Positions 28,676 through 38,859 of a stretch of 64,000 bases of DNA are shown here, piece after piece. The position numbers and the translations under genes were made by a program. Each line of letters opens with the position of its first letter. The first letter of the stretch is position 1. The stretch is from an uncultured virus (IMG/VR IMGVR_UViG_3300025098_000027). Lineage: Duplodnaviria > Heunggongvirae > Uroviricota > Caudoviricetes. Location: IMG/VR virus record IMGVR_UViG_3300025098_000027. One strand, written 5' to 3'. The notes beneath the pieces were generated by a model. The model saw only the letters and a program-made list of their open reading frames with translations, made no database searches and was not told the DNA's origin.

Positions 28676-28916
28676 TTATTTTATCTAGCTGTTGTCTTAG
28701 CACAATACTACGTTCTACATTTTCTCTAACTTTAGTCGGATCAATTGATTTATTAATTGCATCGTGTGTAGCATCAATATAACTATATTCGTTAGATAGT
28801 TTATTTAAAATATCTTTGCATTTTTCTTTAGCACGTTCATTAGTAATTTGATCAATGTCTCTTTTATATTTCTTAAGGTCTTTTTTAAATTCTTTAGATT
28901 GGCTTATTTTTAACAT
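28653..28916 (-). CDS. Hypothetical protein
   Basis: 87-aa helical ORF, coupled to the upstream cupin by TAATG. Confidence 0.55.
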   Translation of the reverse strand: MLKISQSKEFKKDLKKYKRDIDQITNERAKEKCKDILNKLSNEYSYIDATHDAINKSIDPTKVRENVERSIVLRQQLDKIIKYSKDL

Positions 28917-29257
28917 TAATTTAACCTATAATAATCGTCTGGATCATTGCTATTACTAGTTTCTGCCATAGCACTGTTATCAGCTAAACTTTTTAGTGTA
29001 ACAGGCAATAGTGCAGGCACTTCAAAAATACTACCTTCTGGAAGTTCTTTAGAATATGCTTTACCGTCTTTAGAATCAACCCATTGTACTTCAAACTTCC
29101 CAGCATTTACAAACCAACTTTTGTGTCGACTTTTGTGGAAATGTAATCGAGTTTGTTTGCCTTCTTCTTCAAAAACTAATATTTTACTACAATAATGTTC
29201 GTTGTCAGTCCAAACAACTTCGTAACCGTAGTCTGTTTGTTTTATATTATCTGTCAT
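28916..29257 (-). CDS. Cupin-domain protein
   Basis: GYEVVW...YCSKILVF...TRLHFH....SWFVNAG.F cupin pattern; the second metal motif looks degenerate. Confidence 0.6.
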   Translation of the reverse strand: MTDNIKQTDYGYEVVWTDNEHYCSKILVFEEEGKQTRLHFHKSRHKSWFVNAGKFEVQWVDSKDGKAYSKELPEGSIFEVPALLPVTLKSLADNSAMAETSNSNDPDDYYRLN

Positions 29258-29695
29258 CTATTCCTCTAATAAATCTATTACTTGAAACACAGTTTCTAAT
29301 TTAGCAAGATTAGTTTTATTTTGTAGTGTATTACGTAGTCCTTGATGCAACGTCTTTGGCCATTTACCAAAACTAGTCCAAGCATATCCATCGTGTTCGT
29401 TATTTAGATTAGGCAAAAATTCTTTTTTTATAACAACAAGATATGTATGAAAATTAAATTTTTCATCATTAGATACAAATGTTTCTAAAGGTATAGTTTT
29501 TACAAACTTAGGTAAGTCGCCAACTTCTTCTTGTATCTCACGGGTTAATCCTTCAAATGGCGATTCACCTAATTCGGTACCGCCACCTACAAGTCCCCAA
29601 GTACCAGAAGTTTTACCATTAGCACGGTGTAAAAACAAAAATCTTTTTGTGTCTAGTGCATAGAAAAGCGCACCACTACAAACTATCTTACTCAT
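29258..29695 (-). CDS. NUDIX hydrolase
   Basis: Nudix box GGTELGESPFEGLTREIQEEVG (GX5EX7REUXEEXG). Confidence 0.85.
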   Translation of the reverse strand: MSKIVCSGALFYALDTKRFLFLHRANGKTSGTWGLVGGGTELGESPFEGLTREIQEEVGDLPKFVKTIPLETFVSNDEKFNFHTYLVVIKKEFLPNLNNEHDGYAWTSFGKWPKTLHQGLRNTLQNKTNLAKLETVFQVIDLLEE

Positions 29696-29703
29696 ACTAG
29701 TAA

Positions 29704-31212
29704 TTAGCCAGATAAGTTAATTGACCAGTCACCTTTGGCATACTCTCCATCAACACTTAGTAACCACTGATCACCGTCCCAGTAATATTGTACGCCTGTG
29801 TTAAGATTTGTAGTATATAGTTTTGTAATAGTTGTGTCATTATAGGGCAAATAGTCTTTACTTGCATCAAATATAATATTCCATTTAGATCCGTCATATT
29901 CAATTATATCATTTGCGCCTGCAACAAAGTCTGTGTTATCAGCATTCTTCCAAGCATCAGCTCCGTCGGTATTTGTAGTACTACCAATAGCACCGAGTAA
30001 TAATAAACGCACACCTGCTTTTGAAGTATCTGATTGAGGATCATAACGTAACGGATCAATTATATAATCAATGCTAGAATATTGATTTGTGTCTCTAGCA
30101 GGACCTTGTATAGTATTATTGCTAGGTAATGTATCTCTATCAAAATCAATAACTAGTTGTGTTTCGTCCAATGGATTAAGAGTAATTCTTCCGGCAATTA
30201 ATCCATTTACATCTGGTTTTCTTAAATAGATAATACTTAAACCAGGTTGATATTTTCCTGGAAGTGCATCAATATAAGTTGACCATTTTGCATCACCTGG
30301 TAATCCATTTGTAAGTATCGAAGCATTACCGTTCATTAGTAGTATACGTTCTTGCAACGGATTATCAACTATAGCTTTTGAATGACGTGTAACTTGACTA
30401 GATATTTCAAGTTCACCGTTGCCGTCATTTGGAAATACTCCGGAATCTACTACATTATCATTACCTTCTACTCTAGACGAAGTGTGTCCTCCGATACTGA
30501 ATAGATTAGTACCTTCTAACATTGATTCAAAGTCAACGTATCCGTCGCCGTCAAATATGCTAGTAACAATATCAGTAATAACGCCAAGACGTTTTATTTT
30601 AGCTGGTGCGCTAATATATATAGGAGTTGAAAATGTTAAACTAGCAACATCAATTTCGCTTTCGGTTCCTATAGGAATAGATCTACTACTAAAATTAATA
30701 CTGTCTAACATTACAGTTGTTAAGCTAGTCCAATCAAGATAGTTATCTGTAGTTTGTATTTCTAAACTAGGATTAAACAGCATTAATATTTGCTCCATAA
30801 TCTGTAGTTTCATTGTTGTGTTAGTAGTCCATATGTCAACATTAACTGTTAGTTTATAAGGACTTGGCATTAAACGTTCGACTGTATAATTACGTCCTTG
30901 AAAATCTTCGTATTCTTTTCCTGCTTCGTCGTAAGCACGTTCTCTAACGTGTCTTTTACCTACAAAACTAGAATCACTAGTTCGGTCACGATCTATTTCT
31001 AGTGCAGTAATATATACTGCCATACGCGGCGCACTTGGTATTTTGTTTTCAGAATTGTCTCTTAATATCGATCCTACTTGTCTAGTAATATCGCCGTACA
31101 TAACCGGAACTTTAACCTCAGTACCGTCACCTGTTTTATACCCAAAATTACTCATTAAGCGCATAATTTGCACAAGGTATTTTCTTATTTGTCCGTCATA
31201 AAAATGTTGCAT
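29704..31212 (-). CDS. gp15: Tail sheath stabiliser/terminator (T4 gp15-like), extended
   Basis: HFYDGQIRKY...VPV.YG...PRMA...P.PY.L...VDIW......QIMEQIL..FNP pattern; adjacent to neck genes. Confidence 0.65.
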   Translation of the reverse strand: MQHFYDGQIRKYLVQIMRLMSNFGYKTGDGTEVKVPVMYGDITRQVGSILRDNSENKIPSAPRMAVYITALEIDRDRTSDSSFVGKRHVRERAYDEAGKEYEDFQGRNYTVERLMPSPYKLTVNVDIWTTNTTMKLQIMEQILMLFNPSLEIQTTDNYLDWTSLTTVMLDSINFSSRSIPIGTESEIDVASLTFSTPIYISAPAKIKRLGVITDIVTSIFDGDGYVDFESMLEGTNLFSIGGHTSSRVEGNDNVVDSGVFPNDGNGELEISSQVTRHSKAIVDNPLQERILLMNGNASILTNGLPGDAKWSTYIDALPGKYQPGLSIIYLRKPDVNGLIAGRITLNPLDETQLVIDFDRDTLPSNNTIQGPARDTNQYSSIDYIIDPLRYDPQSDTSKAGVRLLLLGAIGSTTNTDGADAWKNADNTDFVAGANDIIEYDGSKWNIIFDASKDYLPYNDTTITKLYTTNLNTGVQYYWDGDQWLLSVDGEYAKGDWSINLSG

Positions 31213-32588
31213 TAATTATCCGCCTGTGGTCGTAGCGCCTGTGATATCGATTGTCGCTGCTGTGTTCGTGTATTATGTAAGGTTAATGTATATAGTCCTT
31301 CGTATTTAACAGCATTTGCAGGCAACGTAATTTTTACAAATTGCGTACTGCCGTCTGATCCTGTATACGATGATAGCATATTAGTATTTGATGCAGTGTC
31401 ATAGTTTAATACAAACCTTCCATCCTGTGCAAGGCTATCAGTAAATTCTAATTGAATATATTTTGCAGTCATATATGCAATTTCGGTTTCAAGTTCTGTT
31501 GCACCAACATTTAATCTTATAAAGTCAGTTGCTATTGGAGTATTATACAAGTAGGTGTTTACGTCATTAACGAATGATCCACGTAATGTATTTGGAGTGT
31601 CATTATTCAATGGAGCTCTCTTAACATCGTGTACCTTAAGCCAACGCTTACCGTCCCATCGAAACATACGCTGCGGTAAAAAGTCTGTACGTAAAAAGTA
31701 ATCACCTTCTGTACTACCTAATGGAAAACTAATACCACTTGAAAAATTACTACCATTAGGGGCAAATTCGTCACCAATTAATAAACCATTATAACCGTGC
31801 GATGTAGGAGTTGCTTTATCAGTAATAGTACTACCGTCGGCATCAACTTGCTGTAATTTTGCTCTACCTGTAGTTTCGTCTGCGGCTAATGTATAAAAAT
31901 TACTATCGACATCATACCCACTTTTAGGAGTATTTGCTTCTGCTTCGGACACTACTGCATTATTAACTTGCATCTCTGCTTCAAAAGTACTTAATATATC
32001 ACGTAATGTTCCATCTTCAGGATAGTCTTCACTTGCTGGTAAGTCGAGTATATCTTTGTATTCTTGACTATCTACTATTTGTTTTAATTTAAGTCTATAT
32101 AAGTGTGGATACCAAGTTGGTGAAAAGCCTTCAGCGGCTCTATTAATATCTTCAATAACATAAAAACGTTTTAGTGCTACACTAAAATCATTCATTGCAT
32201 ATTCATCTTTTAAATGAGGAAGTTCTATAACATCACCAGGCATAAGTTTACGCCCAATTGATTCTACACTGCTTTGAATATGCACAGTCATAAACAAAGT
32301 ATCATTGCTTAAGAACAAACCAAATTGGCTTAGGTCAAAATCAATGTCTTGTACATTGTATATTCCGCGAATAGTGTAAATGTCTTTATCGTATTTTCGA
32401 TCTCGATTTTCCATAAAGACCATATCCTGTATTTGCGTATGATCTTTTTCTGTTGTCCCATCATTTGTTCCAGTATATTTGTGGACAAACAGGTCTGTTC
32501 CACCTATAGTGAACATTTCATTAATTTGGCGGTCTAAGAATTCAAAGTCTTTTCCGCGTTCTGGTTTATATAAACTTAATCTTGGCAT
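31212..32588 (-). CDS. gp14: Neck protein (T4 gp14-like), extended
   Basis: E.F.IGG.D..V...LSQFGLFL..D.LF.TVH...GR.LMPGDVIELP...FYVIED pattern. The start is probably the second ATG (32588). Confidence 0.6.
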   Translation of the reverse strand: MPRLSLYKPERGKDFEFLDRQINEMFTIGGTDLFVHKYTGTNDGTTEKDHTQIQDMVFMENRDRKYDKDIYTIRGIYNVQDIDFDLSQFGLFLSNDTLFMTVHIQSSVESIGRKLMPGDVIELPHLKDEYAMNDFSVALKRFYVIEDINRAAEGFSPTWYPHLYRLKLKQIVDSQEYKDILDLPASEDYPEDGTLRDILSTFEAEMQVNNAVVSEAEANTPKSGYDVDSNFYTLAADETTGRAKLQQVDADGSTITDKATPTSHGYNGLLIGDEFAPNGSNFSSGISFPLGSTEGDYFLRTDFLPQRMFRWDGKRWLKVHDVKRAPLNNDTPNTLRGSFVNDVNTYLYNTPIATDFIRLNVGATELETEIAYMTAKYIQLEFTDSLAQDGRFVLNYDTASNTNMLSSYTGSDGSTQFVKITLPANAVKYEGLYTLTLHNTRTQQRQSISQALRPQADN

Positions 32589-32593
32589 ATACA

Positions 32594-32626
32594 TATTTAT
32601 CGTAACGATAGCAACTACGATAAATA
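32594..32626. promoter_or_regulatory. Back-to-back late promoters forming an 11-bp perfect inverted repeat
   Basis: TATTTATCGTA-N11-TACGATAAATA between divergent gp14-like and gp13-like genes; each arm contains TAAATA. Confidence 0.65.
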
Positions 32627-32646
32627 CTATGACGGAGAAAACTTAA

Positions 32647-33630
32647 ATGGCAGTTGAACAAACACAAAAACAAGCAATATTTGACTATGTAAATGCTTTC
32701 TTAGGCGGAGGTATGGTTGATGTTGAACTAGACCCTATACATTACGAAACTGCTTTAACTAAGTCGCTTAGTAAATTTAGACAACGTAGTGATAACTCAG
32801 TAGAAGAAAGCTATTTGTTTATGGATACTGTACCTGATCAAAACGAGTATACATTACCAAATGAAGTAGTAGAAGTTCGTAAGTCATTTCGTAGAAGTAT
32901 AGGATCACGTCCAAGTACCTCAGCATCAGGAGGCCCAATTTATTCAACTACGCTAATTTCAACAGACTCTCAGCAAGTATTCAACGTAAATTATAATTTA
33001 GCAATAGTACAATCTATTGTAGTAACAATTAATGGAACAGTTACTACAGATTATTCTACTGATAATGATGCAAGATCTATTACGTTTAACACAGGATTAA
33101 CTACTGGAGATGTTGTAAATATAAAACTTTATGACAGCGGCGAAAATGGTGGAGGAAGTTTATTTGATCCTTTCAGTTTAGCATACACAAACGCATACTT
33201 ACTATCAAGTTCTAACTTAGGAGGACTAGCAACATACGATATGTTTAGTCAGTACCAAGAACTAGTAGGTAGAATGTTTGGATCATTCATTGAATTTAAA
33301 TGGAATACTACAACTAAAAAATTAACACTATTACAACGTCCTAGAGCAAACGAAACTATTTTATTATATGTTTATAATCATCGTCCTGATAGCGAATTAC
33401 TTAAAGACTATCTAGCAAGTCAATGGATTAAAGATTATACACTTGCTGGTTGTAAATATATGCTAGGCGAAGCACGTAGTAAATTTGCTACAATCGCAGG
33501 ACCACAAGGTGGATCAGCACTTAACGGCGATGCTCTTAAACAAGAAGCTGCTGCCGAAATGGAAAAACTTGAATTAGAACTTACAATGCAAGTTGCTGGC
33601 GGCGTAGGCTACGGATTCACAATAGGTTAA
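32647..33630 (+). CDS. gp13: Neck protein (T4 gp13-like)
   Basis: LGG..VDVEL...W.KDY.LA..K..LG..RSKF....GP.GG..LNG pattern; GGAG RBS. Confidence 0.75.
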   Translation: MAVEQTQKQAIFDYVNAFLGGGMVDVELDPIHYETALTKSLSKFRQRSDNSVEESYLFMDTVPDQNEYTLPNEVVEVRKSFRRSIGSRPSTSASGGPIYSTTLISTDSQQVFNVNYNLAIVQSIVVTINGTVTTDYSTDNDARSITFNTGLTTGDVVNIKLYDSGENGGGSLFDPFSLAYTNAYLLSSSNLGGLATYDMFSQYQELVGRMFGSFIEFKWNTTTKKLTLLQRPRANETILLYVYNHRPDSELLKDYLASQWIKDYTLAGCKYMLGEARSKFATIAGPQGGSALNGDALKQEAAAEMEKLELELTMQVAGGVGYGFTIG

Positions 33631-33696
33631 AACCACCTAAGTTAACGCTAACGATTTTAATTCCTTGTAAATACAATACAACAAGGAGGTCCCACA

Positions 33697-33945
33697 ATGT
33701 GCAGTCCATTTGTACGTAAAGAGGCTAACCGTCTTAACTGGATCATCAAAGGTAAACTAATTGATAGATCCTGGAGCGACGAAGAAGTCGAAAAAACCTA
33801 CGATTCATACTTTAAAAGACTTTGGGGAAATAACGAAAGTTATATTCACGAAACAGGATTTGAACAAGCCTGGAAACAGCGCGAAGCAGAAATCTTTAAT
33901 GAAGAAATTCAAAAGGTTGCTGTTTTGGGCGGACACTACGATTAA
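33697..33945 (+). CDS. Hypothetical protein
   Basis: 82 aa, strong AAGGAGGT RBS, TAAATA at 33668. Confidence 0.65.
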   Translation: MCSPFVRKEANRLNWIIKGKLIDRSWSDEEVEKTYDSYFKRLWGNNESYIHETGFEQAWKQREAEIFNEEIQKVAVLGGHYD

Positions 33946-33948
33946 CGG

Positions 33949-33977
33949 TTGACACAATAGCTTATGTAGTATATACT
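33949..33977 (+). promoter_or_regulatory. Sigma70-type (early) promoter
   Basis: TTGACA-17bp-TATACT upstream of 34006. Confidence 0.7.
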
Positions 33978-34005
33978 TTAAAGTATATTCAATAAGGAGT
34001 TATTT

Positions 34006-34566
34006 GTGCTACCTAAACTATTAGTTGTTGGACACGGCCGACACGGCAAAGATACTGTATGTGAGATGTTAGAAGCATACGGATATACATTTCAATCATC
34101 AAGTAAATTTTGTTCAGAGTTGTTTATTTTTGACGACTTAAAAAATCAGTACGGATATTCTAATGAAGAAGAGTGTTATGCAGATAGGCACAATCATCGT
34201 ACTGAATGGTATAATATGATACACAACTATTGTAAAGATGATTTAGCAAAACTAGGACGTAACTTATTTGCAGAACACGACATATACTGTGGACTACGTA
34301 ATAAACGTGAATTCTTTGCAATGCAAAATGAAGAAATATTTGATTATGCTATTTGGGTAGACAGAGCAGATCATTTGCCATTAGAAGATCCTAGTTCAAT
34401 GAGTATTGAGCAATGGATGTGTAATTACACAATTGACAATAATGGTGATTTACAAAGACTAAAGAAAAACGTACATATACTAATGGAAACACTATTTAAA
34501 AATCAGGGACTAAATCTCCCTGCTTCCAGCGGCTACCTTCTTTCTGAAGTACTCGTTGACAGTTAG
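34006..34566 (+). CDS. Deoxynucleoside monophosphate kinase-like P-loop protein, GTG start
   Basis: N-terminal VVGHGRHGKDT P-loop, G.R...E motif, C-terminal IDNNGDL..L; TAAGGAG RBS. Confidence 0.65.
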   Translation: MLPKLLVVGHGRHGKDTVCEMLEAYGYTFQSSSKFCSELFIFDDLKNQYGYSNEEECYADRHNHRTEWYNMIHNYCKDDLAKLGRNLFAEHDIYCGLRNKREFFAMQNEEIFDYAIWVDRADHLPLEDPSSMSIEQWMCNYTIDNNGDLQRLKKNVHILMETLFKNQGLNLPASSGYLLSEVLVDS

Positions 34567-34831
34567 CACAAATAGTTTTTAAATTACTAGGCCTACAATT
34601 AGTTAAATCGCCATCTGTGTGAAACACATTAAACTGTTCAGGATGCTTTGATTTAAACCCACATTTTTCACAATTATCTTTTTTCTGATATCCGGTGCGT
34701 TTCCACTTAGGAATTCCGTGTCCAACACCGTTACGTAAACACCTTTCACACAGTGTACGATAGTAGGTTTTACCTTCTTTTTTATAATTAATTGCTGCAG
34801 GTCGGTGCCCACATTTACATAATGGTCGCAT
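34496..34831 (-). CDS. Zinc-finger/degenerate HNH-like protein
   Basis: CxC, CxxC and CxxC followed by H.DG...N....NL..IC.NC(Q). Confidence 0.6.
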   Translation of the reverse strand: MRPLCKCGHRPAAINYKKEGKTYYRTLCERCLRNGVGHGIPKWKRTGYQKKDNCEKCGFKSKHPEQFNVFHTDGDLTNCRPSNLKTICANCQRVLQKEGSRWKQGDLVPDF

Positions 34832-34945
34832 ATTGTATTTACCTCACCTTTTTGGTCCCTTTTTATGGGTGTTTATTACGGTGTTTTATTTTATATAGGC
34901 TAAATAATAGTAACGAATGCTCACACTATTAATAGGAGAAATAAT

Positions 34946-37900
34946 ATGGCACTAACATCACCAGGCGTACAGGTTAGCGTAGTAGACGAAAGTTTTTACA
35001 CACCAGCTGAACCGGGTACGGTTCCACTGATATTTGTTGCTTCCGCCGAAAATAAAACTAATGGCGCTGGCACAGGTATTGCTCCAGGTACTACAAAGGC
35101 TAAAGCAGGTATACCTTATTTGCTTACTTCGCAGCGCGACCTTACAGAAACTTTTGGAGATCCAATTTTTTACACTGACGCAAGTAACAATGCTATTCAC
35201 GCAGGAGAGCTAAATGAATATGGATTGCAAGCAGCTTACTCATTACTTGGCGTTTCAAACAGAGCTTGGGTTGTACGTGCAGACGTAGACCTAGGACAAT
35301 TACAAGCATCGGCAGATGCTCCAGCAGGTGCTCCAGCAGATGGCGCATATTGGGTAGATACTGCATCAACAGCATTTGGTATTTTTGAATGGAACGGCGC
35401 AGCCGTAACATCAACTGGCGGACAAGCATTCGGAGTTAAAGCACCAACTGTAATTACTGATGCAGCGAAACTATCCGGCGGCGTTCCAAAAGGATCAGTT
35501 GGCGCAATTGGCGACTATGCTATTGTTGCAGGACAAACTACAGCATACACTGTATACTACAAAAACTATTTAGGTAACTGGGCTAAAGTAGGAACAACTG
35601 CTTGGACAGGTTCAGTACCAAGTGTAACAGGTGGAGCAATAACAACAATTACTAATGCAAACACATTTACTGTTGATGGCGAAAGTGTTGCAGTAAGCGG
35701 CACAGACGTTGATGCAGTTGTTACAGCATTCAACAATGTTTCAAACTTATCAAACGCAGGCGTTACAGCAGCAAACATTGACGGACAACTTGCTATCTTT
35801 AACGATGGTAGTAATGCAGATAATATTATAATTGCAGAAGGAACAGGACTACTAGCTGAGGTTGGTATTACTGCAGGCACATACTATATTCCAGAATTAG
35901 TAATTGATCCGCATACATCAGTTCCACAGTGGAAAACAGCATCAGCTCAACCACGTCCAACAGGCAGTGTTTGGATTAAGACAACAGAACCAAACAGTGG
36001 AGCACGTTGGAGAATTAAAGTTTGGAACGAAGATACAGCATTGTGGGATTTAGTTCCTGCACCAATCTATGACGATAATGCAAAAGCATTACTAGCACTT
36101 GATAAAGCAGGCGGCGGGATTAATCTTGCAGTAGGCGATCTTTATGTACAGTCTAACTGGACTGAAGCAGCAGATGAACTAGCAGAATTTAAAGTATTCC
36201 GTAGATCAACAGCAGGTGCTTCTAGTGTTACTTCAACAGCAGTAACAGCAAATTCACTTAGTGCTGGCACGTATGGATTTACACTTGCAGAAACAAAAGC
36301 AGGCGTATCAACATACACATCAAAAACAATGAGTGTTGTAGCAACAGGCGCAACTACTGATGCGGAACTAATTGCAGATGCAATTAACAGTGCAGGATTT
36401 ACAAATGTTGTTGCTTCGATTGATGCAACTAACAGAGTTATTATTTCACACTCAAAAGGTGGTGATATTAAGATTACTGATACTGATGGCGGACTTGCAG
36501 ATATTGGCATTACAGCAACAGTAATTAGTAACTGGACAGTACTTTCAACATTTACTGCTTCGGCTACAGCACCAACATCAACAACAGCAGACGGTACATT
36601 ATGGTATAGTTCAGTAGTTGACGAAGTTGATATGATGGTACACGATGGCACTACTTGGAAGGGTTATCAAAACGTACACGCTGGAGCAAAAATTACTACA
36701 GCAGCTACAGAGCCTACAGCACCATCTGGTAACGATCTTTGGATTAGTACAGCAGACTTAGAAAACTATCCAACAATTTATCGTTATAATGCATCAACTA
36801 CAGTATGGGATTTGATTGATAAGTCAGACCAAACTACTGAAGATGGTGTACTATTTGCAGATGCACGTTGGTCAACAGCAGGAGCGTTAAGCACAGAAGG
36901 CGCAATTTCAGACTTACTACTAAGTGATTACTTAGATCCAGATGCTCCAGATCCAGCACTATATCCACAAGGTATGTTGTTATGGAATTTACGTAGAAGC
37001 GGATTTAACGTTAAGAAATTTGTACGTAATGCTATTGACATTACTGCTGACAACGGTAGATTTAACAACGACGAAGCAATGAGTGGTTATCATCCACATC
37101 GTTGGGTTACTGAATCAGCTAACCAAGAAGACGGTAGCGGATCATTTGGTCGCCACGCACAGCGTAAAGTTGTTGTACAAGGATTACAAGCTGGTATGAA
37201 TAGTAACCAAGAAATTAGAGATGACGAATCAAGAATCTTTAATGTAATGGCTACTCCAGGTTATCCAGAACTAATTGGTGAAATGATTAGCTTAAACTTT
37301 GATAGAGGTTTAAGTGCATTTATATTAGGTGATGTTCCAGCTAGATTATCGTCAGATGCTACAACACTTAACGAATGGGGTCAAAACACTAAATTAGCAG
37401 TTGAAGACAATGACGACGGACTTGTTAGTAGAGACGAATACTTAGGTATTTTTTACCCTTGGGGCTTTACAAGCGATAATGCTGGTAACAACGTAGTTGT
37501 TCCACCAAGTCATATGATGCTACGTACTATTGCATTAAGTGACCAAGTTAGCTATCCTTGGTTTGCACCAGCAGGCACAAGAAGAGGCGGCATTACTAAT
37601 GCTTCAGCAACAGGTTTTGTTAATGCAGAAGGCGAATTTACTTCAGTTGCATTAAACGAAGGACAGCGTGATACACTTTACAGTGTAAACGTTAACCCAA
37701 TTACATTTATCAATGGAGCAGGTCTTGTTAACTACGGTCAAAAGACTCGTGCAAGAGCAGCAAGTTCATTAGATAGGATCAATGTAGCACGTTTGGTTAT
37801 CTACTTACGTTCACAATTGAACAAGTTAGCTAAACCTTACATCTTTGAACCTAATGATAAGATCACACGTGATCAGATCAAACAGGCAGCAGAGAGCTTG

Positions 37901-38089
37901 TGTTTAGAGTTAGTTGGTGCTAGAGCATTATACGACTTCTTAGTTGTATGTGACAATAGCAACAATACTCCAGCACGTATTGATCGAAACGAGCTATACT
38001 TAGATATTGCCATAGAACCAGTTAAGGCTGTTGAGTTTGTTTACATTCCACTCAGACTTAAAAATACTGGTGAGATAGCAGGCTTGTAA
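34946..38089 (+). CDS. gp18: Contractile tail sheath protein (gp18-like), 1047 aa
   Basis: SPGV.V...DES start; C-terminal WFAPAG..RG, NPI, G.KT, DRINV.RL, FEPND, IEP.KA.EF.YI. TAAATA at 34901 and AGGAG RBS. Confidence 0.92.
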   Translation: MALTSPGVQVSVVDESFYTPAEPGTVPLIFVASAENKTNGAGTGIAPGTTKAKAGIPYLLTSQRDLTETFGDPIFYTDASNNAIHAGELNEYGLQAAYSLLGVSNRAWVVRADVDLGQLQASADAPAGAPADGAYWVDTASTAFGIFEWNGAAVTSTGGQAFGVKAPTVITDAAKLSGGVPKGSVGAIGDYAIVAGQTTAYTVYYKNYLGNWAKVGTTAWTGSVPSVTGGAITTITNANTFTVDGESVAVSGTDVDAVVTAFNNVSNLSNAGVTAANIDGQLAIFNDGSNADNIIIAEGTGLLAEVGITAGTYYIPELVIDPHTSVPQWKTASAQPRPTGSVWIKTTEPNSGARWRIKVWNEDTALWDLVPAPIYDDNAKALLALDKAGGGINLAVGDLYVQSNWTEAADELAEFKVFRRSTAGASSVTSTAVTANSLSAGTYGFTLAETKAGVSTYTSKTMSVVATGATTDAELIADAINSAGFTNVVASIDATNRVIISHSKGGDIKITDTDGGLADIGITATVISNWTVLSTFTASATAPTSTTADGTLWYSSVVDEVDMMVHDGTTWKGYQNVHAGAKITTAATEPTAPSGNDLWISTADLENYPTIYRYNASTTVWDLIDKSDQTTEDGVLFADARWSTAGALSTEGAISDLLLSDYLDPDAPDPALYPQGMLLWNLRRSGFNVKKFVRNAIDITADNGRFNNDEAMSGYHPHRWVTESANQEDGSGSFGRHAQRKVVVQGLQAGMNSNQEIRDDESRIFNVMATPGYPELIGEMISLNFDRGLSAFILGDVPARLSSDATTLNEWGQNTKLAVEDNDDGLVSRDEYLGIFYPWGFTSDNAGNNVVVPPSHMMLRTIALSDQVSYPWFAPAGTRRGGITNASATGFVNAEGEFTSVALNEGQRDTLYSVNVNPITFINGAGLVNYGQKTRARAASSLDRINVARLVIYLRSQLNKLAKPYIFEPNDKITRDQIKQAAESLCLELVGARALYDFLVVCDNSNNTPARIDRNELYLDIAIEPVKAVEFVYIPLRLKNTGEIAGL

Positions 38090-38127
38090 AAATGATAAAT
38101 ATATATAACAAATTAGGAGCAAAGTAA

Positions 38128-38766
38128 ATGGCTATTTCATCATTATCAAAAATCACAGTTCCATTAGCTTCGGACGCAAGCAACTCTACACAAGGGTTGC
38201 TTATGCCAAAACTTCAATATCGCTTTAGAGTGAGTTTGGAGAACTTTGGTGTTAGCACAGGCGAAGTTACTGAACTAACTAAACAGGTACAGGATGTTAC
38301 TAGACCTAACGTAAGCTTCGAGACAATGACTGTTGACGTATATAACTCAAGAGTTTATCTTGCAGGTAAACACACCTGGGAAGCTATTACATTAACTTTA
38401 AGAGACGATGCAACAGGTGCAGTACAAAAACTAGTTGGTGAACAACTACAAAGACAGTTCGACTTTATGGAACAGTCTAGTGCAGCATCAGGCATTGACT
38501 ATAAGTTTGTAACTAGAATTGAAATTCTAGACGGTGGTAACGGTAACTACGCACCCGAAACACTAGACACTTTTGAATTATACGGTTGTTATTTAGAAAG
38601 TGCAAACTACAATTCATTAGCATACAGTGCTAACGAACCAGTAACAGTTGCACTTACTATTAAATATGACAATGCTATACAAACTCAAGGCGCATCAGGC
38701 GGCGGAGTAGGTACAGCGATTGGTAGAAGTGTTGCAGCTATTGCATCAACTACCGGCGTAAGTTAA
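38128..38766 (+). CDS. gp19: Tail tube protein (gp19-like)
   Basis: Follows the sheath gene. RP..SF......YN...Y.AGK..W..IT.TL.DD...FEL.GC......Y..L.Y......V.LT..YD. TAAATA at 38096. Confidence 0.85.
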   Translation: MAISSLSKITVPLASDASNSTQGLLMPKLQYRFRVSLENFGVSTGEVTELTKQVQDVTRPNVSFETMTVDVYNSRVYLAGKHTWEAITLTLRDDATGAVQKLVGEQLQRQFDFMEQSSAASGIDYKFVTRIEILDGGNGNYAPETLDTFELYGCYLESANYNSLAYSANEPVTVALTIKYDNAIQTQGASGGGVGTAIGRSVAAIASTTGVS

Positions 38767-38798
38767 TAGTTTAGCTAGTTAATTAGTCTAACAGAATT

Positions 38799-38820
38799 AG
38801 GGGCTTAATTGCCCCTTTTT
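38799..38820 (+). terminator. Rho-independent terminator
   Basis: AGGGGC-TTAATT-GCCCCT followed by a T run. Confidence 0.75.
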
Positions 38821-38859
38821 CATTTTATACGCACTTAATAACATTGGATAAATATTAGT

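Noticed and set aside
34842..34900. Pyrimidine/T-rich tract upstream of the sheath gene as an ncRNA or origin
   Set aside because: It is short, has no convincing stem or iterons, and is explained as the spacer between divergent late promoters.
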